From Guillardia theta CCMP2712 (Eukaryota > Protista > Cryptophyta), in assembly GCF_000315625.1 (NCBI RefSeq), contig NW_005434644.1:642434-702717 (forward strand): a stretch of 60,284 nt of DNA, given 5' to 3'. Position 1 is the stretch's first letter, and each line of letters starts with the position of its first letter. The notes under the pieces were generated by a model, which worked only from the letters and a program-made list of their open reading frames with translations, had not been told where the DNA came from and ran no database searches. The position numbers and the translations under genes were made by a program. Positions 22,739 to 34,086 of this stretch are shown here, in pieces.

Positions 22739-24722
22739 TCACACGGACTGCCCCGTCGCCTCCCTGTCCTCAAAAACCCGTCGAGCCCTGATCCTCCTCG
22801 CGAAATATTTCTTCTCTGCCTGTATCAGCCTCTTGTGGCTCCTTGCCCTCCTCTCCTCCTTGCTGAAGACCGAGTTTTCAAAGTCCATCTCTCTTAACAC
22901 TGCCCGCAGGTCCAACTGACCATCTTCCTCTCTTCCCTCCTCTTCCTCCCTCCTTTCCCCTCCTTTCCCCCTTCCACCTTCCTGGCTCCGTCCTTCCTCC
23001 TTCTCCTTCCCTGTTTCAGCTGCTTCTGTCTCCTGCTCGCCCTCTGACAGCATCCTCTTGACCGCCTGCCGGCGTGACTTGTCCTGCTCCGCCTTCCATC
23101 CCTCCCCGCTCCCGGCCCTTGACCATGCACATCAGCAACGACAGGGCAAGGCATGTGAATTCCTTACGTCGCGTTTCCTCCCTTGACGAGGGTCGGAGGC
23201 GTCTCGTGGTGCCTCGTGGGTTTGTCGGTGGTTGACTCTGATTTCTCGTTGACGGGGCTGCGAAAAATAGTAAGAGGAGAGAAGCGAAACTTGAGGGGAG
23301 GGGAGCAGAGGATGGCAGACGAGGTATCACCTGCGGTTGCCTTCCTCCTCCTTCTCCTCCTCCTTCTCCTCCTTCCTCTTTTCATCCTCCTCCTCCTCCT
23401 GTGGCTGGTTATGATCATCCTACATCCAATCACAATGTCAGCCTGCAAGCAGCGACTGCGAAACGAATGTCCCCACATCGTCAAACTCCTGAGTCGAGGG
23501 CAACTCCTTGGCGCTCTGAACGGCCCAACCTTGGTTCGCAGGGACCTCATGCGCGGCATCCGGCTGGTCCGTGGACGACTGCATGCTGTCCTCGTTCACA
23601 TCGCACAGTTCAATCTCGTACGCCTTGCTCGTTAAGTTGCCCGTCAAGCCCTGCCAGCATCTTCAGCGACTCCTTGTCAACTCGCCTCCTTTTGCACCTC
23701 TCTGCCCTCCTCGTGCAGGAGACCGTCTGCCTGCACGTGGAAGAAGAAAGGCTGGCTCTCCCCGTGCTCGCTCGCCTCGGAGACGCACTCGTCCTCGGTG
23801 TCCAGGTCCACCGCTCGCTCCTTCACGTGCCAGCCGTTGGAGTGGATGGAGTCAAGCTTCTCCTGCTGAATGTCGGGGATCCTCGCTTGATCGCCATCCC
23901 GACGGAAGATCCCGAGGAGGGATTGGACCTGTCAAGCTTGTCATCACTCGAGCTCAACCTTCTATCTCCTCCTCACATCCGGGTCTGCGTTGAGGTCCAC
24001 AGGCTGCCCGAACGCGAAGCTCTCCCCTCCGATCCACTCGAAGTTGTCCACTGAGAGCACAAACTCGCTGCACTCTTGGTTCAGGTCGAAGCCTGCTCCT
24101 CGACATGTCACATCATCTCTCCTCGACCGCCGTAGCATGCTCATCACCAGCTTGTAGAATAGAAACCAGAGCCCCCGACAGGCGCTGCCCTGGGAAGGCC
24201 TCGTTGAACTGCTCGAGAGCTTTGCTGCTGATGTGGCAGCTGATGGTGTTGTATCCATCAGAAACCAGGCAAGACATCATCTGCCTGTCAATGTCCAGCA
24301 GCTGAGCCTGAAATGTTTCAGCGTCAAAACTTGCCGGGGCATCAGGGGAAGCTTGCAGCACATGGGTCACATCCACAAGTGCATGGGATGGGGGCGGGAT
24401 CGCTGCTGGAGACGAGCAAGAGGAGCAGGAGGAGCAGGAGGAGCAAGAGGAGCAAGAGGAGCAGGAGGATAAAAATGAGAGAGAAATCAGCACCATCACA
24501 TAGCAACTCGGCTATGCGAGCAGAGGATCTCAGGGAGGCTCAGCGGTGGAGAGGGAGGAATGGAAATTTTGAGCAGAGTCTCGCAGACGCGTGAGGGACA
24601 GGAGATCATGGCAGGGGGGAGGAAGGAGAAACGACCTGCTGAAGGGAGGACGGTGGGAGGCTCTGAGCAGGGAAGCGAAGCAGCGCCGGCTTCAGCCATG
24701 GCCTTCGTAGAACTTTGCTCAT
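22739..24722 (-). CDS. TPP1/ACD-Tpz1-Est3-like telomeric OB-fold protein with acidic disordered C-terminal region
   Basis: Spliced MSKVLRRPWLKPALL ... AQLLDI..CLVSDGYNTISCHISSKALEQF..GALVSI ... SEFVLSVDNFEWI ... LNADPDVQSLL follows the order of the TPP1 OB motifs as I recall them: LVLRPWIRELIL, GQLLEV, LLVSDGTHSVRCLVTREAL, AEFYLQVDRF, CNQDLDVQKKL. Confidence 0.75.
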
Positions 24723-25668
24723 GCGCGCCTTTCCTTTTCCGGCAGGTATCCGCGAGTATCCGTGAGAAATCCCATGAATATCCGCGAGTATCCGTAAGAC
24801 TGTCCAGGGGTCAGCCAGCAATAAAAGTTTTTTTCTCATCAATATGTTATGTTGTAAAAGTGTTTTAAACACGTGTTTCTCCGTACAATGGTGAATCATC
24901 TACATCTTAAATATTTTTATAATATATTTTTCTCCGATCTTTATGGATCTTTCCAATAGAGATACGTTTCCCCGAAGGGAGCAGCGAGGAGGGGTCACGG
25001 TCGCATTGGAGCATGGGTAGAGGGGGTACTCGCTGTTTCACATACTACAAAATACCCCCCTTTTTGAGTGGTAGTTCTGGGGTACAGATACTGGTGACGA
25101 AGACGGGGGTGGGGTGTGGAGGCAAAACGGGGTGGGGTGTTCTTTTTGATTGGCGAAATTCTCAGGGGGCCGAAAGCACAACGAAGTAGCGCGAAAGTTA
25201 TGCTGAAAACCAGCAAGAATGCGAGATAACTATATGTGAAGATGTTATCATTCAAGCTGTAATGATGATTTAAGCTTGTTCTTTGGCTGAGGCTCTAAAT
25301 TTTCTCACTTAGAGGCTCAAATATCTCTCTCTTGTAGTATTCTTTCGAGTAGATAATGGAGATTTCCATTCAGACCAGGTTACAAAGTCACAGCAAGAAT
25401 CATGTTGGATGGTTGAAATTATTTTTCTCTAGCGCAAAAGAAGTCTAGCGACGTTTGAGTCATGATTTTCGTGATGACGCACAGAAAAGGAAACAAACAT
25501 TAGCAAACTGCGGTCAGGAGATTCAGAGAATAGTTGTATTTTCTGAGACATGGGCGTCGTCCTGCAATCATTATCTAACCATTCTGCAGGTATTCATGCG
25601 CCACTGTGAGTGAGTTCATCAATAGAAACATCGTTCATTGCATAGAGACATTTATCGGATTTGCAAAC

Positions 25669-26046
25669 ATGTTCGGGAGAACTTCTGGCTTGCTATTCGT
25701 ATCCGTGCTCCTCATCGCTGTGAGGGCAGGCAGCTGTTTCATCTCTCATGACGGCATGAGTGAGAGAAACTTTCGCTTCAACAACTTCTTCGCGCTTCCT
25801 GCTGCAAGCGGCCACAGCCCCTTCTACTCGGATTCCGACTTGTCGGACCTGCTCATCCGCTGGGCTTCTCGGGTTTCGAGCCCCACAGAGAATTCTGAGA
25901 GGAGCGAGAGCCTGAAACCGGGTGCCAAGAGGCAAGATAGTTGTGCGTATCCCCCGGAGAACAGAAACTTTCTGGGAGGCAAAATGCCTCTCCCCCCGCT
26001 CGGACTGTTGCGGCCTGCCAACTTTGGAAAGCCTTTGATGAAATGA
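25669..26046 (+). CDS. Small hypothetical protein with signal peptide
   Basis: MFGRTSGLLFVSVLLIAVRAGSC-F is a signal peptide followed by Phe, as in complex-plastid presequences. No domain recognised; splicing and 3' end are uncertain. Confidence 0.4.
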   Translation: MFGRTSGLLFVSVLLIAVRAGSCFISHDGMSERNFRFNNFFALPAASGHSPFYSDSDLSDLLIRWASRVSSPTENSERSESLKPGAKRQDSCAYPPENRNFLGGKMPLPPLGLLRPANFGKPLMK

Positions 26047-26289
26047 GGAGGTCGACACTCTTCGTTCCTCTTGTACATAGATCACGATGATGGGAAATGC
26101 TCCATGGTTTGTAAGCATGAGAGCACCATCATGTTCAACGGCACTTGCCGCCTAGCTTGTTGTCTCCTGCTAGTCCGTTGCAGTGTAAAATTTTTGTTTC
26201 AGTTTTTGAAAGCTATATTTCAGCATCGTATTGAACAAGTTCGGCAGCAAATAAATCATGCAAAGCTCTGACTTTCTGTTGTTGTTCGT

Positions 26290-28230
26290 CTACCTGCATC
26301 TCCAGAATTTGTATGTCGGCCTGGACAAGTCAAGCGTCAGAAACAGCATTCCTTATCAATCGTAGTCGCCTTTATCTGCTCCTCCTTGTCTTTCGATTCG
26401 TCCTGTAGCTGTCGCAGCTTCTGCAGCTTCATCTCAAGATCCGCTTGAATTTTCTAAGCCTCGGATCAGCTCCATCAGATCAGCAAGACAAGACACGACC
26501 TTCAGGACCGGAGTAGAGACTACTTTGAGGTCTGACAACATCTCTGCCCCGTCGTGTGGGGGCGGGTTCGCTGGCGCTGCCTCCATGTCGGCCTTCTGAC
26601 TGACCTCTGCTGCTTTCTTCTGCCTGCGGAGAGAGATGCTCTTGAGCGCTTCTTCCCTTAGCTTCTTCTGATATTCCTCGTTTGCTATCCTCTGCGCTTC
26701 AGTGAGGGCGACTGCAGTGGTAGTCGCCCTCCCCTGCGAGTCCCCTTTGCCGTCTTGACTGTTGTCCTCTCCTAATCTTCTTTTTGAACCACGAGCACCT
26801 TGGCTGTTAGGACGATTCCTATGACCCTCCTCCTCGTCATTGTCATATTTCTTCTTAGAAGCCTGCTTCTTCGCCTCATCCCTGTTAACCCACGGTCACA
26901 GGAAAGCCAAAAAGCAGTCAATGGCAGAGGACTACATACATCTGATGAACTCGCTCCCGCTCCTCTTGGAATGCTTTCCATTGCCTCGTTGCCCTCTTCT
27001 TGGGATCCTGTGTAGGCTTCGATTTTCCTCCGTCCAACGACTGCAGACTGTCATCGTTCCCACCCCTCGCCGCTGCTTGTGCGGTGCGGGATGTTCTAGT
27101 CCGATCGGGGCCCTCGTCATACACGGGCTCATTGTACAGGTCTGGCAGATCAGGTACGGCGTCGAGATGCATCGTTCTTGGACGCTTAATTCCCTCTGGT
27201 ACGTCCATGGTCGGCATCGGCTGGATCTTGTGGTTGAGTTGATGTTGGAGAGAGGGTGGGCGTCCTTGTGCACCGTAGTCGCTCTTCACGGGGACTTGAA
27301 GACTTGCAGGCTCATGGCCGCCGCCTTGGAGCAAACCGCCTGTCCAGTATGTATCAAGAACACTAGAGCGATGGCAAGTGAGTGATCAGCAGAAGACTCA
27401 CCAGTGTCACGATGACTGAATATCGTTTGAACCACCCCTCGATCCTTGTTGCACATACGTCAAGTGTCTGACAAAGACTTGTTCGGTGACATGATTACCA
27501 TTACGTTCGACATGTCTCGGTTCTCCTGGTGATGCATCACTTGGAAGTTGCCATTGTGGCCGATATTCTGCAGAGAAGTCACAGACTACACACGGTCTGC
27601 CGCCCTAGTCGTCCTAGGGAACTCATGACTCACCAGACGGTTCATCGGCAACGGTTCCTGCAGCGTCAACGTGCTTCGGGGTTGCGCCGCCATGCTGGCT
27701 TGTCCTACGGGCATCCCTGGCCCCACAGGCTGGTGCATATTTCCACTCTGCAGGCCCATGTTGGCGTTGATGCGCATGTGAGGCTGCATCGAGCTGGTGT
27801 GAGGCCCCCCTGCCATCTGCTGCACGTTTGGCTGCATGACTACCCTCCTGGGGTCGTTCTCGGGTACGACAGCCATGCATGCGATCGCGACTCGGGGCCC
27901 GAGGGAGTTCAGCATGTTCGGCTGGGGGGGTTGAAACACGGGGGAGGGCTGGTTCATGTTTCCTTGAGGGAAACTTTGGGGGAGAGTTTGCTGCAGCTGC
28001 ATCATCATACTGTTGGGTGCGTTCAACCCGTTGCTCATTGCCGGCGACTGCATGCCGGCGACACCCTGAAGACCTGCCATGATGGTGTTGGGCATCTGAT
28101 GCCCAGGGTTTGGTGCCTGCCCCATACCCACTGCACCCCCCATGTGTTGCGACGGCAACGACTGCAAGACCGCTTGTGGCCATGGCTGCTGCTGCTGCAT
28201 TGCAAACAAATTGTTGTTGTTGAAGGACAT
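26290..28230 (-). CDS. Gln/Met/Asn/Pro-rich low-complexity protein with charged coiled-coil C-terminus
   Basis: Exon 1 starts MSFNNNNLFAMQQQQ. Later exons give KRATRQWKAFQEERERV and EEYQKKLREEALK..KIQADLEMKLQKLRQLQ. Short GT-AG introns; 3' end approximate. Confidence 0.65.
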
Positions 28231-28393
28231 GTCGAGCCACGCAGTTTTTCCTTGGAAGACTTGCCTTTCCCCAATCCTGCCCTGCCCTGCCCTCTTCTCC
28301 TTCTCTCCCCTTCCCCGCCTTCAAGTTCCTCCTCTCTTCCCCTTTCCTTCCTGCACGTTACTCATTCCAGCATACTCCCTACCCTTCTCTCCT

Positions 28394-28453
28394 CCTCTGC
28401 TCTGCTCTGCTCTGCTCTGCTCTGCTTTGCTCTGCTCTGCTCTGCTCTGCTCT
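28394..28453. repeat. (CTCTG)n pentanucleotide microsatellite
   Basis: Directly visible, about 170 nt upstream of the - strand ATG at 28230. Confidence 0.95.
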
Positions 28454-28772
28454 ACCTCTCAGGACAGCACCCTCCCAGCTTGAGCTTCAGCATGTTTCTC
28501 GTCCTGAGAATCATTCCGGGCCCACCGGCTGTCGCCGGGTCCGAAGGGCAGTGAAACTTGATTAGACTGAGAAACGGTTATTGACGCCGTTGACACTGTT
28601 TATTGCGACACAGTTACTGAATATATGTATTCAATAAAATACATTCTCAATCCCGCTGACATTCCTATATATTCATTTCTGAATACAATATTTTATTGGA
28701 TGCAAGCCGTTACCGACGTTACGAAAAAAAGAAAAAAAGGAGCCTCGTGCTGCGAGTCCTCGAGCGGCAGCT

Positions 28773-30105
28773 ATGGTGGTCAAGTAAGACAAGCATGCTC
28801 TGCCTTGGCGCTCCCTCGCTCCATGGCAGATGCTCTTTGTCCTCCTCGTCATGATCATTTTCATCGCTCCTTCCGTTTCCCACTCGTGTTCTCCTCCTAT
28901 CGTGGAAGTGCTGCATTGTTGTTGTCTTTCGGTGAATGCCTCCTCTGGGTAGGCTGTTTGTTGGTTAACTGGTATGGAGATGCCTGCAGTTCATGGCAGT
29001 CATTGTTGTGTTCTACTTGCCATGTTTTCTGGTCATATAGCTGTGATGTGTTCCCTTTGTTGAATATCAAAAATTTGTTTTGTGCAAAGCATTACCCTGT
29101 CACGGTTACCCTGTCACGGTTACCCTGTCACGGTTGATGATAGATGTTTCCAAGCTCCATTTCCTTCAGTCTTGCTTCATACTGCATTATCTCGAGCTCA
29201 TTCTCTTTCCTCTCAATTCCACTCGCATCATAATCTTCACACATTCTCCGCCTCTGTACCAGCATCCTCCTTGTGGATACACCATTCCCGTCCTCCCCCC
29301 CTTGTGCCTTTACCAAGGACGTTTTATTGACGACCTTTCCTCAGGACCGAGACCTGCACCTTCAGTAACTTCAGGATCTATCCTGGCCATGGCTGCCTTT
29401 ACATCCGCACGGATGGAAAGGTGAAGACGAAGGAAGCAGGAGGTTCTGTTGAGTGACGGCTGTGGTTTCCAGTCCTTCCGCTTCATTAACGCCAAGAACG
29501 AAGCTAGTTTCCACATGAAGCGCAACCCCCGCAAGCTGAACTGGTGAGTTCAAGACTATGCCGTATCTTCCCCTTTCCCCTTTCTTTCCTCCTGTCTCCA
29601 CTCTCATGCCTTGCCTGCTCCATCTAGCGGCACCACTCACGTGAACGTGTTAGGACTCTGTTCTACCGCCGTCTCAGGAAGAAGGGAACTCAGGAGGACC
29701 AGCTCAAGAAGGCCAAGAAGAGGGTCATCAGCACTTCCGTCTTGTCCCGTGGTATCCAGGGTATGACCATCGAGGAGTTGAAGAACAAGACCAGTGAGGG
29801 CAAGGAGCGTCGTAAGGCCATGCGTGAGGCCACCGTTCGGTGAGGACGAGGAGCTTGTGTGAGCACGTTGATGATGTACTCCTTCACAGTGAGGCCAAGG
29901 ATGCAGCAAGAAAGAAGCAGGAGGAGAAGAAGAAGAACGCCCCAGCGAAGAAGGCCGCTCCTGTATACCTCCTCCCTGCTCATCTAGTTGTTTGTCTTGA
30001 CCTGGTCTGCAGGCTGGAAACAAGATGGACGTTAAGGGAACCAAGGGAGGCGCCAACCTTAAGCCTGCTCGTCAGTCTGCTCCTGGCAAGCAGGGTGCTC
30101 GATAA
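28773..30105 (+). CDS. RPL24: 60S ribosomal protein L24 (eL24)
   Basis: Spliced [82 protein letters not shown] with a Lys/Ala-rich tail. An 11-nt first exon (28773-28783) is followed by a 561-nt intron. Confidence 0.95.
29092..29135. repeat. Three perfect tandem copies of the 14-mer TTACCCTGTCACGG inside RPL24 intron 1
   Basis: Directly visible. Confidence 0.95.
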
Positions 30106-30153
30106 ACATGTCGTTTTTGGATTAAATTCTGGAAAGTGAAGATTTGACTGAGT

Positions 30154-33100
30154 TCAAGTGTTGTGGGTCTTGGCGTCCCGAGGGAGGAGGAGGTTGAGGA
30201 GGAGCGCGATGCTGGTCCCGATGCAGTAGGGGCTGGAGATTACGAGGATTGTTGTGTCTCGCAGCAGCTGCCAAGTCTGTGTCGCGTGCGGATCCTTCAC
30301 CTACTGGAGCGTCATCGCTGTTCCTCCTCGCCCTCACCTCTTCTCTCACCCATAGAGCGTTGGTCGCCCAGGCTGGGCTGATGGCAACGCCGACGCCAAC
30401 CCCCACAGCGATGGCGACGACGAACCGCGTGCGACGATCGACGAGAGCAGCACCTAGAGAGAGTCAGGAGGGGGAGGGGGGAGGAAGGAGGCGCCGGTGG
30501 GAGGAGGATCCCTACCGATAAGTTTGATTCCAGAGAGAATGATGTTGGAGAAGAGAAACGTTGTCATGCCGCCGAGAACGCAGTCAGGGATGGCGAGGAC
30601 GAGGGCGGCAAGCTTGGAGAACGACCCCATCAGGATCAGGCAGACTCCACACGCATAGCCTGCGGGTTGGCGCCCCCTCAACGACATGGAAGGGCTGCGA
30701 TGCTCCTCACCTGCTCTCCTACTTGCGCAGCGCGACATGGCTATCACTCCGTTGTTCTGCGACATGGTGGTGGTCGGCATCGAAGTGAGCAAGCACGCGA
30801 GCAGGCTGCTCAGCCCGTCCGCTAGCAGCCCCCCCTGCAGCCTTCGCTCGAAGACAGGGCCTTGGGTCTCGACTGCGGCAACGAGTCACTTGGCTTGCTC
30901 CTCCTTTGGCTCAACTGAGAGAAGTCTGACCTTGGGACGCCTCGGCGGAGGCTGAGATGTCTCCGATGGACTCCACGGAGGTGATAACGAAGCAGATGAG
31001 GAGGGGGAAGATGGAGGGCAGGTAGATGGAGATGGGGAAGACCTAGATAGGCAAGGCTCTGCTCAGTCGGCCTTGCACGTGCTGCAGTCACCTTGCTGAA
31101 GAGGAAGGTGAAGGGCGGAGCTGACGAGACGCCGTCGAGATTGACAAATCGAAGTTGCCTGCCACGAGCTCATTCCCCTGTATCGCTCGCGCACGGATCT
31201 CAACTCGCCTCCCATCCTGTTCATAGCTGAGGGCGAAGGGGGCAGCCAGTCAGCAAGCAGGCTCGTTCTCCTCCTTCCCTCCTCCTTTCACCTCGAAAGT
31301 CCAGCGATGGAGAATCCAACCATGAGAGCGAACGCCACCTGCCCAGAGCAATTCATCTACTCGCCGCCCTTGCTGGCTCAGGTTAGGCGCTGCACCTGAC
31401 AGTTCCTGATGAAAGGAGAGCCGAAAATCTCCGTCAACACTAAGATAGCAAACACCAGCATCCCGAGGGTCACGTACTGGCCAGCACAGGCCTGTCAGTC
31501 GTCCTCCCCGCCTTCTCAACTCTCTGCTTCCACCTCCTTCGAGCCGTAGGCGAGTTTGACTTGACCGTTGCCTGCAATGGGTGTGAGAAAGGGCACGAGA
31601 CGACGGGGAGAGGAGGAGGAGAGGAGGAGAGTTGGGGAGGAGAGTTGGGGAGGAGGGGGGGAGGAGGGACGGGATGAGGGGGGGAAAGAATAGTCAGAGT
31701 GGGAGGAGGGAAGGAGGGTGACGAGGGAGAGGGAGAGGGCTGACCTGAACAAAGAACCCAAGAGGCTCGCGGATCGGGGAGGGACGGAGGGACTCCCGGC
31801 AGATCCATGAACGTCTCGCACCTTGAGGGGTAGGAGGTCAGAGGACGCAAACCCATCGCCTCCTGCTCCTGCTCCTCCCTCACTCTGTCCGATCTCCCCT
31901 CGTGACGTTGCTGGCTTGGTCGAAGTGAGGTGGAAGGTACTTGCAGACGTGCCTGGGAAGGCTCAGCAGGATTCTCCTCTCTACTTCGTGTTCACCTCAG
32001 CGCCCCGACCAGCGGATCGCAAGCTCCTGCCGCTGAACGTGGTCCCCGGCCATCGGGAGGGAAGCAGGGAGAGGAGGAAGGATAGTCCTTGGTCACGTTG
32101 CCAGGGATCGACACGCCCACCAGCGTCACCTGCACTCCAACCCTCTCACCCTCCCTCCTCCTCCTCCCTCCTCCCACCACCTTCCTCTTGGCGAAGTGCT
32201 CTGCGCAGAAAGCTCCTCCTCCCCAGTACTTGATGCCCGTCCCTGTGAGGCCAACACCGATGAGGAGGACGCAGACGCCTGCATGCAGTATGTGAGCAAC
32301 GGAGGAGAAGGCAGCGGCGCCCACCGGCAACGTGCTGGGGGAAGAGCTTTCGGAGGAATTTCTGTGGGACGATGCTTATAAAGACCTCCAGGAGGGAGCA
32401 GACCATGCACGTCCCTACGGAGAATTCAGTTCGCTCACCATGGCTCGACGCTCCTGCACTACCCAAGAAGGCCCCGTACGCCTCCTGCCCGCTGAACTTG
32501 CATCGACCCGTCTCCGTGTTGCACTGAAGGAAGTAGACGAGAGGAAGAGTCATGAAAACTTTGTAACTCTCCTCTCCTTGTTGTTCGTGTCCCCCCTCCT
32601 CTTCTCTCTTGCTTCCTATCTCTTCCTCTTCTTCTCCTTCTCTCTCCTTTTCCTCTCTTTCACCTGGCCGATGTTAGTGACCCCAGGGATCGAGACCCCC
32701 TCCTCGCTCGCCCATGCCAGGAAGCAGTCGCTGTCCAGAGTGCAGGCACGCGGCGAGTCCTCTTGCATCATGTAGGCTGCCGTCGACCTGGCGATGGGGA
32801 GGAAGGTGAAGGAAGTTCCCGCAACCGAGATCAGCCCCGTCCCCACCACCAGCCCTGTCCTCCCGACCTTGAGCTGGTGCACCTGGATCAGGGACGCGAT
32901 GCCTGAGACGATCAGTCCAGCAGACACCAGGTACCGCGTCTCCTCCTTGCTCAGCCGCAGCTCGTTGGACCCAGAGAGTAGCAGAGCCGGCGTGACGATC
33001 CCTCCGACCATGGCGATGGCGTGTTGCAAGCCCATGACTATGGCCATGATCCATGGGATGGGCTTGTCGAGCGGGAAGAAGGGAGGAGGAACGTTGGAGC

Positions 33101-33660
33101 TGGAGACGCAGGGGATCCTGGGCATGAACAACCAGCTCCACTTGTACTGCAGCCTTGAGCGGAGCTCTTCATCCACAAGCAGCAACAGCAGGGCAGGACA
33201 CACCTTGAAGGCAGGGCCTCGTCGTCCTCGACCTGGAGACCCACCTGCTCGTTGGCCCAGGGGGGGAGGTGCTTCAGTCAGCGGAGGCAGCAGTAGCATG
33301 CTCTACCTGATCGTCGCTACTCTCCTCTACCTGCAGCCAGCTCCTGGACGTGTCCCCATCGCGAGTCTCAAAGCTGGGAGTTGTCTGGATGGTTGCATAG
33401 TCCCCACCAGCCTCATCCGCGTGCTCGACGAGGGATATCCCGTCGCTCTCCTCTCTGTTTGCTCTCTTCTTGATCATTTGCAGGCACGCCGACCTTCTAG
33501 CTGATCAAGGATCCTCCCAGAAACCTCCTCCTTCTTTCCTCTTCCTCCTTTTTTTCCGCCCTCTTGCCTGCCTTCTTGATGACAGACAGCGTTGTTCTTC
33601 GCTCAACAGACGGAACGATGACTTGAACCACCCATCGACCAGTAGAGCTCATCCATGTCT
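30154..33660 (-). CDS. Nucleobase-ascorbate transporter (NAT/NCS2), UapA-like xanthine/uric acid permease
   Basis: GLQHAIAM (TM1 QH), SGIASLIQV, GTSFTF, SVESIGDI, the NAT signature SQNNGVIAMSRCASR, IPDCVLGG and a C-terminal LLNLLLP. The start codon is uncertain (33477-33660). Confidence 0.92.
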
Positions 33661-34086
33661 TGTATTTTGCAAGAGTTTCTATTCTCTCCAACCTCTTTCC
33701 CTCCTTTCTACGACCCAACTAGGCGTACCAGGACTAGTCAGGTCTCTTCATGACCTAGTACGTTGCACTCCGACTCATATATACATGTAGTCGCATCCCT
33801 TCTCCCTCTCTCACTCCATATCCTCTCCTCTCCTCCTCCTCCTCTCCTCCTCTTTTCCTCCTCTCCTCCTCTCCTTCCTCATCGCGCTAGACATCGTTCC
33901 CTTTCGCCGCCATTTCTCCCCGACAAACCCATTTACTTATATAAGTCCTACGGGGAGGGGTACTTTCATAGTAGGGAACAGGGGTTCTTTTAAAGGGGGT
34001 GAATTTGAGAAAGATAGGACGGGGTCGACAGCGGCATTTGAGGGGTGGGGTGGTGCCTGGTCAAACCATTTGACGGATATAGCACC

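Noticed and set aside
27529-28554. 341-aa His/Leu-rich + strand ORF
   Set aside because: It is the antisense shadow of the Gln/Met-rich exon extended by the (CTCTG)n repeat.
29092-29135. TTACCCTGTCACGG repeat as an interstitial telomere or telomerase-RNA template
   Set aside because: The 14-bp unit does not match a simple TTAGGG/TTTAGGG repeat and there is no other support.
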